This document shows positions 1-11,745 of a stretch of DNA of 49,154 bases, piece after piece (positions within the stretch are counted from its first letter, which is position 1; each line of letters starts with the position of its first letter). This DNA is from Octopus sinensis. Taxonomy: Eukaryota. The position numbers were made by a program, and so were the translations under genes. Location of the stretch: the NCBI RefSeq assembly GCF_006345805.1, contig NW_021831700.1, positions 1-49,154 on the forward strand, in the 5' to 3' direction. Under the pieces are notes generated by a model. It was not told where the DNA came from and did no database searches. It was given only the letters and a program-made list of their open reading frames with translations.

Positions 1-414
1 AGTTTTATATAAATGATTTCAATATTCTATTGATGAAATGTAATGCGTATGTTAAGATCTTTCATGTCCAAGCTCTCGGGTACAGACTATAGACAAAAAA
101 ATAAACAGTTTTTTTTTTGTTTTGGAAATTGAATTTCAAGCAAGTGTAAAATTTACCAAGTTATACAATTACACATCTTAATTAGTTTAATGAAATGTTC
201 GTTAAAGTTGAGAATTAAAAGTAAATCTGAATTCCGGGAGTATGGGTGTATTTTTATGTAATTTAAGTGGCTAAGGAGCGCATGAAAATATTTATGGAAT
301 GACATATATATATACATAGATGCATACATACATACGCGCGCACACACACACAGTCACACATTTACATATATATATAATACACACATACACACACACACTT
401 ATATGTATATAAGT

Positions 415-610
415 CAGGACGCCATGATAGATCGTTAGCTCCTACACGCATTTTTTTCTCTCCTTGTTTGTTTTCTGTGTATCTTTCTGTCGAAGAGCGT
501 AGGCTCGAAACGTAAAAGACTTGTTCTACTTCTATTCCTGAGCGCCATACTAATACATTTGTTTGTACTTCACCTGCCTTCGTCTTCTGTTTATTTTCGT
601 AAACCTTCCC
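415..610 (+). mobile_element. ~200-nt interspersed repeat in TA-rich flanks, probable Penelope-like pseudo-LTR / non-autonomous unit
   Basis: Homologous to 27512-27700 (+) and, in part, 24765-24835 (-). Contains a hammerhead-like fold. The Penelope link is inferred from that motif. Confidence 0.5.
482..519 (+). ncRNA. Minimal type I hammerhead ribozyme-like motif with variant core
   Basis: TCTTT-CTGTCGA-A-GAGC(GTAG)GCTC-GAAAC-GTA-AAAGA gives a 5-bp stem I, a 4-bp stem II and a palindromic ACGT stem III. The core differs from CUGANGA at position 6. Confidence 0.5.
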
Positions 611-638
611 GTTATATATACATATATGTGTACGAATA

Positions 639-908
639 TCAGTATGCATATATTCTTTTACGTAATTCCGCCCAAAAATTGTGGCTATGCCGAGTCACCG
701 CCATTATTATTATTATCTCTCCAATGGCCTTTCTTTTATGGTTGGCCTCGGTAAAGGTGTTATATATTGCAGCCCGCTTTCGACTTTCTTGCCGTAATGC
801 TTCTTTGCATTCACTACTGGTTGCATATTCTTCACGTTTCTGCACAATACAACTGCAAACGCTGCAGCTATTGTGCAATTTCCGAAGTCTCAGAAGCAGT
901 TGTCGGAC
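639..908 (-). CDS. Possible exon or degraded coding fragment, unidentified (VRQLLLRLRKLHNSCSVCSC...ALRQESRKRAAIYNTFTE...)
   Basis: 89 open codons of non-repetitive sequence starting right after tttcag. No family recognised. Confidence 0.2.
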   Translation of the reverse strand, partial: VRQLLLRLRKLHNSCSVCSCIVQKREEYATSSECKEALRQESRKRAAIYNTFTEANHKRKAIGEIIIIMAVTRHSHNFWAELRKRIYAY

Positions 909-1218
909 CTGAAATGCATACCCTCTCCCATTCGTTTTCTATATCTTTTGTACTCCAAGTAAATCTCTTCTGTAAATATATAAATATCTATATGCTTATA
1001 GATAAAGATTCATCTTCTGAATATCCTCAGTTTTTGTTTACATGTATATATTTACACGTATATATCTATGTATATTATTTTATAGCAAGCACAAGTGGTT
1101 TTATCTATTTACATCACGACTCTCTTTCTACATACAATACATACATACATACATACAACATACTACATACATACGTACATACATTGCACATCCATATACA
1201 TATACATATAAATATATG

Positions 1219-1275
<57 letters not shown>

Positions 1276-1984
1276 TATATGATAACAAAGTGGAGTTGTG
1301 TGTGTACCGCACGAGTGGAATTTATACGAAAGAAGGTTTGAAAATGCAATTTAAAAGATGTTTATTTACTTACTGGTTTCACTCTTTGGAAAAAGACTGT
1401 CAAAGTAACATGTAGAAGTTTGGTTGCGTTAATTATTGGTTGTTGCAAATTGCTACATTACATATATACAGTCTTTGGTAACAGGGACATGTTAAGGACA
1501 TAAAAAAGTTCAACAGTTCCTTAAAATATGGGCACAAAAAAGATTACTACATAAATAATCGTTCTCAAGGACATACTTAAGATAGTTTCCAGAGGAATTG
1601 ATATTGGTATTGTATCTGTATATTCAAACATGCGCAGAATATTGGTTGACACAGAGTACTCTATAATCCATATAAATATACATTCTTTTGGTGACAAGAG
1701 TATGTTGAGAATATAAAAAGTTTACAAGCTCATTGAAATAATGGGCACAAAAGATTACAACAAATATATTATACATCTCAAGGTAATTTCCAGGAGGAAT
1801 TATTAAAAAATTCAGTATACACATACAGAATATTATGAGTTCAAAAAGATTTACATTATAATAGTGGTGAAGCTAAAACTGTCCTGTCCGTTTTAGGAGG
1901 AGAAATGTGGAACTGAAAAGAATGTACCCTTTTTTGCTTTTTTTTTGTCTCTCCTTCAAGCATCAATGATTTTGGGGTCAGGAT

Positions 1985-2530
1985 GGGGTGAGTTTGTGTG
2001 TATTTGTGTGTGTGTGTGTGTGTTTGTGCGTGCATACATACATATGTGGTGTGAATAGATGTGTCTGTGTGTCTGTAAGATCTGGTAGGATGGTGTGTCC
2101 GTTTGTCAACCGCGTGTGTAGTTGTCTTGGTGTTGTGTGTGTGTGTATGTATGTGTGTGGATGGCATTTGGCATGGTGCTGCGTGTGTATATGTGTGTCT
2201 GTATGGAGGTGAGATTGGTGTGAGTGTGTATGTCCTTGTGTGTGTGCATATATATGTATACATATGTTTGTGTGTGGGGGGGGCTGTTTTTGATTGGTTC
2301 CAGGGTAGTGTAAATAGATGTGTGTTGTTTAAAGAATATTTGGGGGTAGGATGGTGTGTGTATATGTGTGCCCGTTTGTGCGTGTGTGTGTGTGTATATG
2401 TGTGGTTAATGTCTATTAGTGTTTTGCGCATGCGCTAGTATGCATGTGTCTGCTCGCATGTGTGTCCATGTCTGTTGTTTGTATCCGTGTGTCCTGCGTG
2501 AATGAACACGTGTCCTGCGTGTGTTGGTAT
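1985..2530. repeat. Degenerate (TG)n-rich low-complexity tract
   Basis: Direct inspection. Confidence 0.85.
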
Positions 2531-2549
2531 TGAGTATATATATATACAC

Positions 2550-2764
2550 TCTCTCTTTTTTACTCTTTTACTCGTTTCAGACATTTGACTGCGGCCATGC
2601 TACCACACCGCTTTTTAGTCGAGCAAATCGATCCCAGGACTTATTCTTTGTAAGCCTAGTACTTATTCTATCGGTCTCTTTTGCCGAACCGCTAAGTTAC
2701 GGGGACGTAAAAACACCACTATCGGTTGTCAAGCGATGTTGGGGGTACAAACACAGACACACAA

Positions 2765-2817
<53 letters not shown>

Positions 2818-3018
2818 CACACACACAATATATATATATATATATATATATACGACGGGCTTCTTTCAGTTTCCGTCTACCAAATCCACTCACAAGGCTT
2901 TGGTCTGTCCGAAGCTATAGTAGAATACACTCGTCCAAGTTGCCACGCAATGGGAATGAACCCGGAACCATGTGGTTGGTAAGCAAGCTACTTACCATAC
3001 AGCCACTTCTGCACCTAT
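2550..3018 (-). mobile_element. tRNA-headed SINE group A (internal (TA)n/(TG)n microsatellite, AAAGAGT-type tail)
   Basis: Head ggcgcaggagtggctgtgtggtaag...ggttc; many homologous copies in the window. Confidence 0.9.
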
Positions 3019-3146
3019 AAATATATATATATTTAACGATATATCCAATGAGAATACAATATACTGAATTTCTAATACGTGCTCTTGGTAGGGAAATGTC
3101 TAAAACATTATAAGGTATTTAGACATTTAATAAGAGCGATTATATA

Positions 3147-3680
3147 TCTATATATATAAAACTGTGTTGTGTGAGTGTCTGTCCCCTTCGATTTAGATTC
3201 CTAACTACTCCCACATTTTGCGGTTGCAGTTTAACCAAAAATCGGGTCTTTATTCGTAGTCGTGATTCATATCGAGCCCGTCTGGGTATTAGCGCGCGTC
3301 TACGATGAGTCTGCGATTTTAAAAATAATTTAACATCATTTTTTATTCCATTTTAATGCACATTTTTTCGTGTGTCGATGGCGGCGGAGTTGGCGTCCAC
3401 GCTCACACAGCACCTTTTGCTTCTCCCCCTTCTTCCGCCCTTGTGAAGCTGTGGGGAAGGAGTGTAAGGAAATCAACGTCGTAATGCGTTGTCAAGGAGA
3501 CCAGCCTTCTTTTAGAACAACGACTTCATGGCTTGAAGACACTGAGTCAACGATTTAAAAAAATAAATTATCATCATTTTTTATTCCATTTTTAATGCAT
3601 TTTTTTGCTATAACTCTCTAAAAATGCTTATAATAGTTATTTCCCTTACAAACCCGAGCAACGCCGGGCGATACTGCTAG
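3147..3680 (+). mobile_element. Non-autonomous Helitron, family H1 (long variant)
   Basis: A|TC 5' end; 3' hairpin CCCG-AGCAACGC-CGGG followed by CTAG|T; no TSD; homologues at 10611, 10909, 42743. Confidence 0.85.
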
Positions 3681-3962
3681 TTATATTATAAAATAAGAGC
3701 AGGAAAATTACATCAAAAAATCATCACAGAAGATATACGTCCAAAATAATATTGTATTAATAGGTAGACGTATAAATATATAAAGTATGATTATTCAAAA
3801 AGTTTTAAATATCCTACGATCGTTTCATGAATGTATTACTCTTCACAATGGAATCTAAAATTAATAATCATTATTAGGTAATACATCCACTCGTCAGAGA
3901 AAAAGAGGGCGCATTTCCGTGTTGTCAATCGAATACTATTTAATAATACATGAAAAAGAAGC

Positions 3963-4211
3963 TGTTTAAAGATGTTTAGAAAGTTACTGGCGTAAAAATG
4001 TGTTGGTGCAATCTTCTGCTAAATATTTTGAAGAAATAATATACATCCATGGTAAAATCTTCTGTGGTAATCCATGATGGTTGTGCGTAAATATAAATCA
4101 CATAATTCTGTTCTTTTCAATGAGTGATCGATAAATATAGAACATATAACTTTAGCACTAGATTGTATCAACGCATATTTACGCCAGTAACTTTTTAAGC
4201 ATATTTAAACA
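3963..4211. mobile_element. MITE-like element with ~52-bp imperfect terminal inverted repeats
   Basis: 3963-4014 is the imperfect reverse complement of 4160-4211 (core AAAGTTACTGGCGTAAA). Confidence 0.55.
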
Positions 4212-4245
4212 CATATGTACATATGAATGTATATATATATATATA

Positions 4246-4302
<57 letters not shown>

Positions 4303-4380
4303 ATATAATACATATATATATATAATACATTCAATGTACATATATATATTAAATATATACATACATACATATATATATAT

Positions 4381-4423
<43 letters not shown>

Positions 4424-4781
4424 GAAATGAGGTAATCAGAAGATCGATGGTTTATATTTATAGATATTTATTTATATATTATTTTTTACATATATATCAT
4501 ATCACTGAGATCATATATATATATATATATATATTTACATATATACATATACATATATATATATATATATATCGTTGCTATTAAGCAAAACGAAAAGATA
4601 CTTTCACCATTCCATAGCACTTTGACTATTTTTGAAATCTTGACGCCTGAAGCAGCTGGAGATACGACAGTTTGACCAAAAGAACCCGATATTGCAAGCA
4701 AAATTAAATATTGAAGAAGAAATGCATTTGGTCAAATTTGGATACGACAGTATAACATAACAGCAATGATACACACACACC

Positions 4782-5699
4782 TCTACTTCATATGTGGGAA
4801 ATTATGTCTGTGGGAGTGTCTTTGTGGAATTGTTTGGTAACTCTTCCTACATCGTTTTATCGATTTTGAAGAAACTTGGCACGTGAGTAGAACTCATGTC
4901 TGGAAACCTCATGGCATGCTCAGATTGTTGAAAAAATCGATAATAAGGCCTCTGGAATGGATCCTTATATATATCTAATATATTTTATTTTAAAGACCAA
5001 GGGAAATAACCCATTCGCCCCGGTAAGGGATCCTCATATATGGCCAAATGAAATAACCCATTCGTTTTCCTCAATTATTTGGTAAAAAGGAAATTGTGTA
5101 TGCTTATTTCTTAATAATTGAACTGTTAGAGTTACTTTCGCAATTTATTCAGTACAACTCTTAAGTAAGTAAATAGAATTTTCCTAAACAATAGATCCAC
5201 TTACTTTGGTTAGTGACTTATTCAAGAATATACCAACACTAGCGCCGCTGAGGGTAATATTCTCTGGGAACGCACAAAAACCCTTTTCTGAGCTATTTAC
5301 TTTGAATTTTTATCATCTCATATCTGATTAGCCTGTTATTACGTAACATGCTTCACGATTTTAGTATACATACCTTATTAGTATTTTCTGTTTTGTTCTA
5401 TATACTCTTGGGACGCATTAAAGCCCTTTTCGGGGCTACTTTATTTGAATTCTAACTATCGGATAACTAATTTCATGTTATTACGTAACTGACATCATAA
5501 TTTTGGTATTCATAACTCATTGGGAATTCCTAAAAACAAGATCCTCTGTAAGACAGTTCGATATTCTCTGTAAGTGTGCAAAAACCGTTCTAAGGGCTAC
5601 ATATTTTGTATTGTTGTTATTGGATTAGCGAAACAATTATGAGAACAGTTCAAAAGGGTAAGCCCCACTTTCCCGGGAATTACCAGGTACGTCAGCTAG
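4782..5699 (+). mobile_element. Old Helitron-like non-autonomous element with internal ~150-bp degenerate tandem repeats
   Basis: 3' end cccgg-gaatta-ccagg...CTAG|T; candidate 5' TC at 4782 (uncertain); repeated gttattacgtaac blocks inside. Confidence 0.4.
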
Positions 5700-6899
5700 T
5701 ATATATATGTATAAAGTTTGTGCTTAAGTCAAGTCATATGCAAGAATAAATCAATATTAAACTGAAGAATTTCTGAATACTTTTTGTAGAGTACATATTT
5801 ATTAACTTTACCTTGCAAAAGTTGACTGTGGCTTCGAAATATTCGGCTTGCTCGCATTTTTCGTGGTGTCATTTACTTAGCTTCTTTACTTTGGCTATAT
5901 ATAAATCTTAGGTAGTTTTCTTTTGGGACGATAGGGGGAGTTATGCGAATAGTTATTTGATAATGTGCAGGTGGACATGTAGAAGTAGGTGTATGGAAAG
6001 TTGTGTTTAAGGGTCTCCTTAAGGGTACATATAACTAAGGAGAAATGCATCATACTTATATATTTATATCGAGGTATTGGTAATGTCAGGCAATTACTCA
6101 TATGCATTTATCTATAGACATTTAATATAGATAGCCCCGCTAGAAATAGTTTAGAAAATCCTATTTAATATTTATAGTATTAGAGATTCTGCAATTCTAA
6201 CCTTCACAATTTTTTTTCTAGGAAGCTAATAACATGAACACCAAATTCAAATTGTCTCATCTATGCAGTGTGACCAACAGTATTATCAACAAACATTCTT
6301 TTCTAAACCGCTAAAACACTACAAAATCCAATCTTTTAAACAAAGCAAGTCATAATCTGAATTTGGGACAGTTGTTTATATCTTCACACTCAGGTCTGGT
6401 TGAAAACTAAACAATAAAATTTCCACATCAAACCAAAATAAATCCTCTCACCACACCCTATTATCAACCCACGTTCTGCATGCTTCCTTCTAATTCTCTT
6501 ATTCTCATACATAATTTACACAACACCTAACTAACATTCACATAGGTTCCCTCTCCCCAACAAAAAGAAATCAAACCAAGGACTATATAACACCAATAAG
6601 AACTAAACTAAATGAGGTCAGGGGGGAGGCGAGAAGCCAAAACTTAGAAGTCGCTATCAGCCTTTTCCTTGTAAAAATTAATATATGCGTGAGTATGTCC
6701 CCCTACCCTACAAAAGAAAAAAAAACTGACCGAGCACTATATAACACCAATAAGAACTGAGGTAAATCACAGTCTATTGAAGGTGAGCAAGCCGAAACCG
6801 AGGCACATACCCATTTTACTCTGTATAAAGTTTCACAAACTCTCCGTACAAAGAAAACACACACACACACACACATACTCACACACACTTACGCGCAAC

Positions 6900-6930
<31 letters not shown>

Positions 6931-7493
6931 TATATATATATAATATATATATACAAATAAGAAAATGGAGGAACAGATTCCTTTCAATCATCGACTTACA
7001 TATATAAGTAACTCATTTTTAACTACATATTACCTCAATACATCTGACTAATATAGGCACAATGAGATACTTTTATCTACAGGCTGAAACAGCTGAAACA
7101 GCTGTAAGATCCATTTTATATGTATTATTCTTATGGTATTATCTTACTTATTGAGGTATATTGTTTTATTCTGTTTTATTCTGTTGGATTTGGATATTCC
7201 TATTTATGTAGTTAATAAATAATATGAATTGGTATTATCTGTGAGTTGATGATTGAAAGGAATCTGTTCCTCCATTTTCTTATTTGTATTATGATTTTGA
7301 GGTAAAATATTTTACCTCCGCCCATCTAATACAATAAATGAATTAATTGCAAGATTTACGTTCCAAACGTTAAAGACATGTCTGTACTTAAATCTAATAA
7401 TGATGACTTTTAACTTGGCTTTCATGGCATTGTGTTATGTATCACTGGTTCTTTGTCTAACTGCTAGGTTGCAGGGCCTAAACAAACCATACC

Positions 7494-7528
<35 letters not shown>

Positions 7529-8146
7529 ACACACACACACGCACATGCATATGAGTGTATATTTGTGTGCGTATATTTTTAAGACATTTTAAAGACATTG
7601 TATGCATTAAGTTGTAGGTGTTTGTGTTTGTATGTTGATCCTGTGTGCTGGTGTCTGTTCCAGGAGTGTATGCTTTTGTTTTATTATTTTTGAATGCGTG
7701 TGTAATGGTCTTTTTGATTCACGCAGGCTTTAATAGAATCAAAATTCTACTGGCTTCTTCCCCCCCAAAACTTTCAAAGTTAGTAAATTTACAAATTCCT
7801 TATAGCTGCAGCAGAATATTTTGGTGTTTCAAATATTCTTAATTATAGCATCCCTCTCAACCCAACAATAGTAAACAAAGCCACATGCGTACGATATTAT
7901 TAAGACAATACGCATGACCAAATGAATAAGTCATCAGAACAATACTCAAACTGTTTTTTTTTTATATTATTCAAAATTTAGCAAAGACTGTAGAAGGTTC
8001 TGTCTATACGAATCGATGGAATTTTTACCGAAATGAAATCTGTATGGAACCATCATGCCTCGCAAGTTATTCCCCTTTCAAATATATGTGTTACCTTCGA
8101 TAATCGACCGGAAAAAATATACTGTTTGAGATGTACTAGTTTATAT

Positions 8147-8537
8147 GGATGGATGGAAGCACTCCGTCGGTTACGATGACGAGAGTTCCGGTTGATCCGA
8201 ATCAACGGAACAGCCTGCTCGTGAAATTAACGTGTAAGTGGCTGAGCACTCCACAGACACGTGTACCCTTAACGTAGTTCTTGGGGATATTCAGTGTGAC
8301 ACAGAGAGTGACAAGGCCGGCCCTTTGAAATACAGGTACAACAGAAACAGGAAGTAAGAGTGAGAGAAAGTTGTAGTGAAAGAGTACAGCAGGGATCACC
8401 ATCATCCCTGCCGGAGCCTCGTGGAGCTTTAGGTGTTTTCACCCAATAAACACTCACAACGCCCGGTCTGGGAATCGAAACTGCGATCCTATGACCGCGA
8501 GTCCGCTGCCCTAACCACTGGGCCATTGCGCCTCCAC
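8147..8537 (-). mobile_element. tRNA-headed SINE group B with (TCCA)n tail
   Basis: 12-bp TSD ACT(A/G)GTTTATAT at 8135-8146 and 8538-8549; near-identical to 28666 and 41811 copies. Confidence 0.92.
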
Positions 8538-8929
8538 ACTGGTTTATATAGTCACCTGGTAACACAATTTACGAAAACTGTGCTCCAAAAATATAGAATA
8601 AAGTATAGAAGTTATCAAATACAAGGATATACGTTTATGCACATTTCACTAGAGAACTCAACAGCTTTAGATAAATCCAGAGCTATATAATGTAAACAGT
8701 GAGAAGGAACGGAGATATAATCGAGATAAACACACCAAAGATAATATATATTTTTCTCTTGGACATAATTATATTTCTAAGAGGCATAGAAATGGAACTC
8801 ATTTAGAATTTCCGACCATAAGTGCTTAGTCGTTTCATCAGTTGATTATTGAATAAGCGTGTAAGCAATGCACAGATGTTTCATAAACATTTGGCTTGTT
8901 ACACATACAAGCGCGCGCGCACGCACACG

Positions 8930-9031
8930 TTCAATGCACACAAATACACACACACACATATATATAAATATATGTGTAGGTGTGTGTCTGTGTACATATA
9001 CATATATACATATATACATATATACATACAT

Positions 9032-9096
<65 letters not shown>

Positions 9097-9400
9097 ATAA
9101 ATATGTATAAATGTATGTTTGTCTATATGCATATACGTAATTACATAGGCAAATACACTTGTATACACACATACACATACACCACACACGCAAGCACACA
9201 CACATACATACATGCATACATACATACATACATACATACATACATACATACATACATACATTATACATAAATACAGACATACATACATACATACATGCAT
9301 ACATGCATACATGCATACATACATACATACATACATACTACATACATGCATACATACATACATACATACATACACATGCAGGCATACATACATACATACA
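8930..9400. repeat. Compound (CA)/(TA)/(CATA)n microsatellite
   Basis: Direct inspection. Confidence 0.9.
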
Positions 9401-9489
9401 TGTTGTCGTAGTCATCAATCAAGCTGTTTACGAAACGCTGGTTGAAATATACCGTATAGGTGAACTGGAATCCATCACACGAGCACATA

Positions 9490-9843
9490 GCCACACACAC
9501 ACACACACACACTTCTCGTGCACACAAGCACAAATGTTCACACAACACACACACACACACACACTTCTCGTGCACACAAGCACAAATGTTCACACACACA
9601 CACACACACACACACTTCTCGTGCACACAAGCACAAATGTTCACACACACACACACACACACACACACTTCTCGTGCATACAAGCACAAATGTTCACACA
9701 CACACACACTTCTCGTGCACACAAGCACAAATGTTCAACACACACACACACACACACACTTCTCGTGCACCACAAGCACAAATGTTCACACACACCACAC
9801 ACACACACAAACACACACATTCTCGTGCACACAAGCACAAATG

Positions 9844-9876
<33 letters not shown>

Positions 9877-10325
9877 CTCGTGCACACAAGCACAAATGTT
9901 CACACACCACACACACACACACACACACACTTCTCGTGCACACAAGCACAAATGTTCACACACACACAACACACACACACACTTCTCGTGCACACAAGCA
10001 CAATTGTTCACACACACACACCACACACACCCACACACTTCTCGTGCACACAAGCACAAATGTTCACACACACACACACATACTTCTCGTGCACACAAGC
10101 ACAAATGTTCACACACACACACACACAGACACACTTCTCGTGCACACAAGCACAAATGTTCACACACACACAACACACACACACTTCTCGTGCACACAAG
10201 CACAAATGTTCACACACACACACACACACACACACACTTCTCGTGCACACAAGCACAAATGTTCACAGACACACACACACACATACACTTCTCGTGCACA
10301 CAAGCACAAATGTTCACACACACAC
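9490..10325. repeat. Composite minisatellite: 16 copies of TTCTCGTGCACACAAGCACAAATGTT separated by variable (CA)n
   Basis: Units counted by eye; spacers are nearly pure CA runs. Confidence 0.92.
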
Positions 10326-10610
10326 ATAGCGCAGTATCTCACAATATACAACACACGTTATATTTTGATTTTGCTGTAGAAGACAAGAATCTACTTTATC
10401 TCAATTACCATTTGGAATTTCTTATTGGACAGAACAAGTTAGCTCATCTTATCAAACGATTTCTTAATCGAATATCAGCACTTCTTTATAATGTACGGTA
10501 ACAAACCAATATAATTATCAGTAACCGTTAGCTTTTTGTGTAAATAATCGGTCGGCATCTTGTTAACGTCCCTCTTTTGACAGTAAATTCAATTCAGATC
10601 TTATTGACAA

Positions 10611-10908
10611 CTAGCAGTATCGCCCGGCGTTGCTCGGGTTTGTAAGGGAAATAACTATATAAGCATTTTTAGAGAGTTACTTCCCTTATATAATAGCGAA
10701 AAATGCATTAAAATGGAAAAAAAAAGATGGTAAATTATTTTTTAAATCGTAGACTCATCGTAGACGCGCGCTAATACCCAGAAGGGCTCGATATGAATCA
10801 CGACTATATGATACCCGCTTTTGGTTAAACTGCACCGCAAAATGTGGGAGTAGTTAGAATCTAAATCGTAGGAGGAAACAGACACTCACAACTTCACTTT
10901 TATATAAA
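10611..10908 (-). mobile_element. Helitron H1 (short variant), abutting the next copy
   Basis: CTAG plus hairpin at the left end; 5' TC missing at the junction. Confidence 0.85.
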
Positions 10909-11423
10909 CTAGCAGTATCGCCCGGCGTTGCTCGGGTTTGTAAGGGAAAATAACTATATAAGCATTTTTTAGAGGTACTTCCTGTTATAGATGCCAATTC
11001 GGGCTTTCTCAGCCATTTCTGTTTTGGTGTCTTCAAGCCATGAAGTCGTTGTTCTAAAAGAGCGCTGGTCTCCTTGACAACGCATTACGACGTTGATTTC
11101 TTTACACTCCCTTCCCCACAGCTTCACGAGGGAGGGAAGGGGGCGAAGCAAACACAGGTGCAGGTGTTTGACCATGGACGCCAACTCCACCGCCATCGAC
11201 ACACGAAAAATTATGCATTAAAATGGAATAAAAAATGATGTTAAATTATTTTTTAAATCGTAGACTCATCGTAGACGCGCGCTAATACCCAGACGGGCTC
11301 GATATGAATCACGACTATAAGATACCCGAATTTGGTTAAACTGCACCGCAAAATGTGGGAGGAGTTAGGAATCTAAATCGAAGGGGACAGACACTCACAC
11401 AACTACAGTTTTATATATATAGA
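10909..11423 (-). mobile_element. Helitron H1 (long variant)
   Basis: A|TC ... hairpin-CTAG|T on the minus strand; homologous to 3147-3680. Confidence 0.88.
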
Positions 11424-11745
11424 TAACATGAAGAAAAAATCGAACTGGTTTTAATCAAACACCATGGATCTCGCATTGCATATGATCGATCAACGGAAAC
11501 ACCTACTCCTTCATTTGTAACTTAACTGACTGAGTATTCTACAGGTAATCTACAGGTAATGGCAGCCTTAAGGCAATCTTCGTTCACAGTCAGTGTGATA
11601 CTGTTTATGATAGGATGATGATAGCTATAATATAAGGTGTAGTCGCAGTGTGACTGACATGCACACGCTATACACATACACACACACACACACACAAAAA
11701 ACACACTCACACACACATATATATTTAGATAGACAGATAGATATG

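Noticed and set aside
8790-8842. Minus-strand hammerhead near-match CTGATGA-AA-CGAC...GTCG-GAAA
   Set aside because: Core and stem II fit, but no stem I pairing could be built around any cleavage triplet, and there is only one copy in the window.
9490-10325. CRISPR array
   Set aside because: Spacers are (CA)n rather than unique sequence, there are no cas genes, and the context is eukaryotic.
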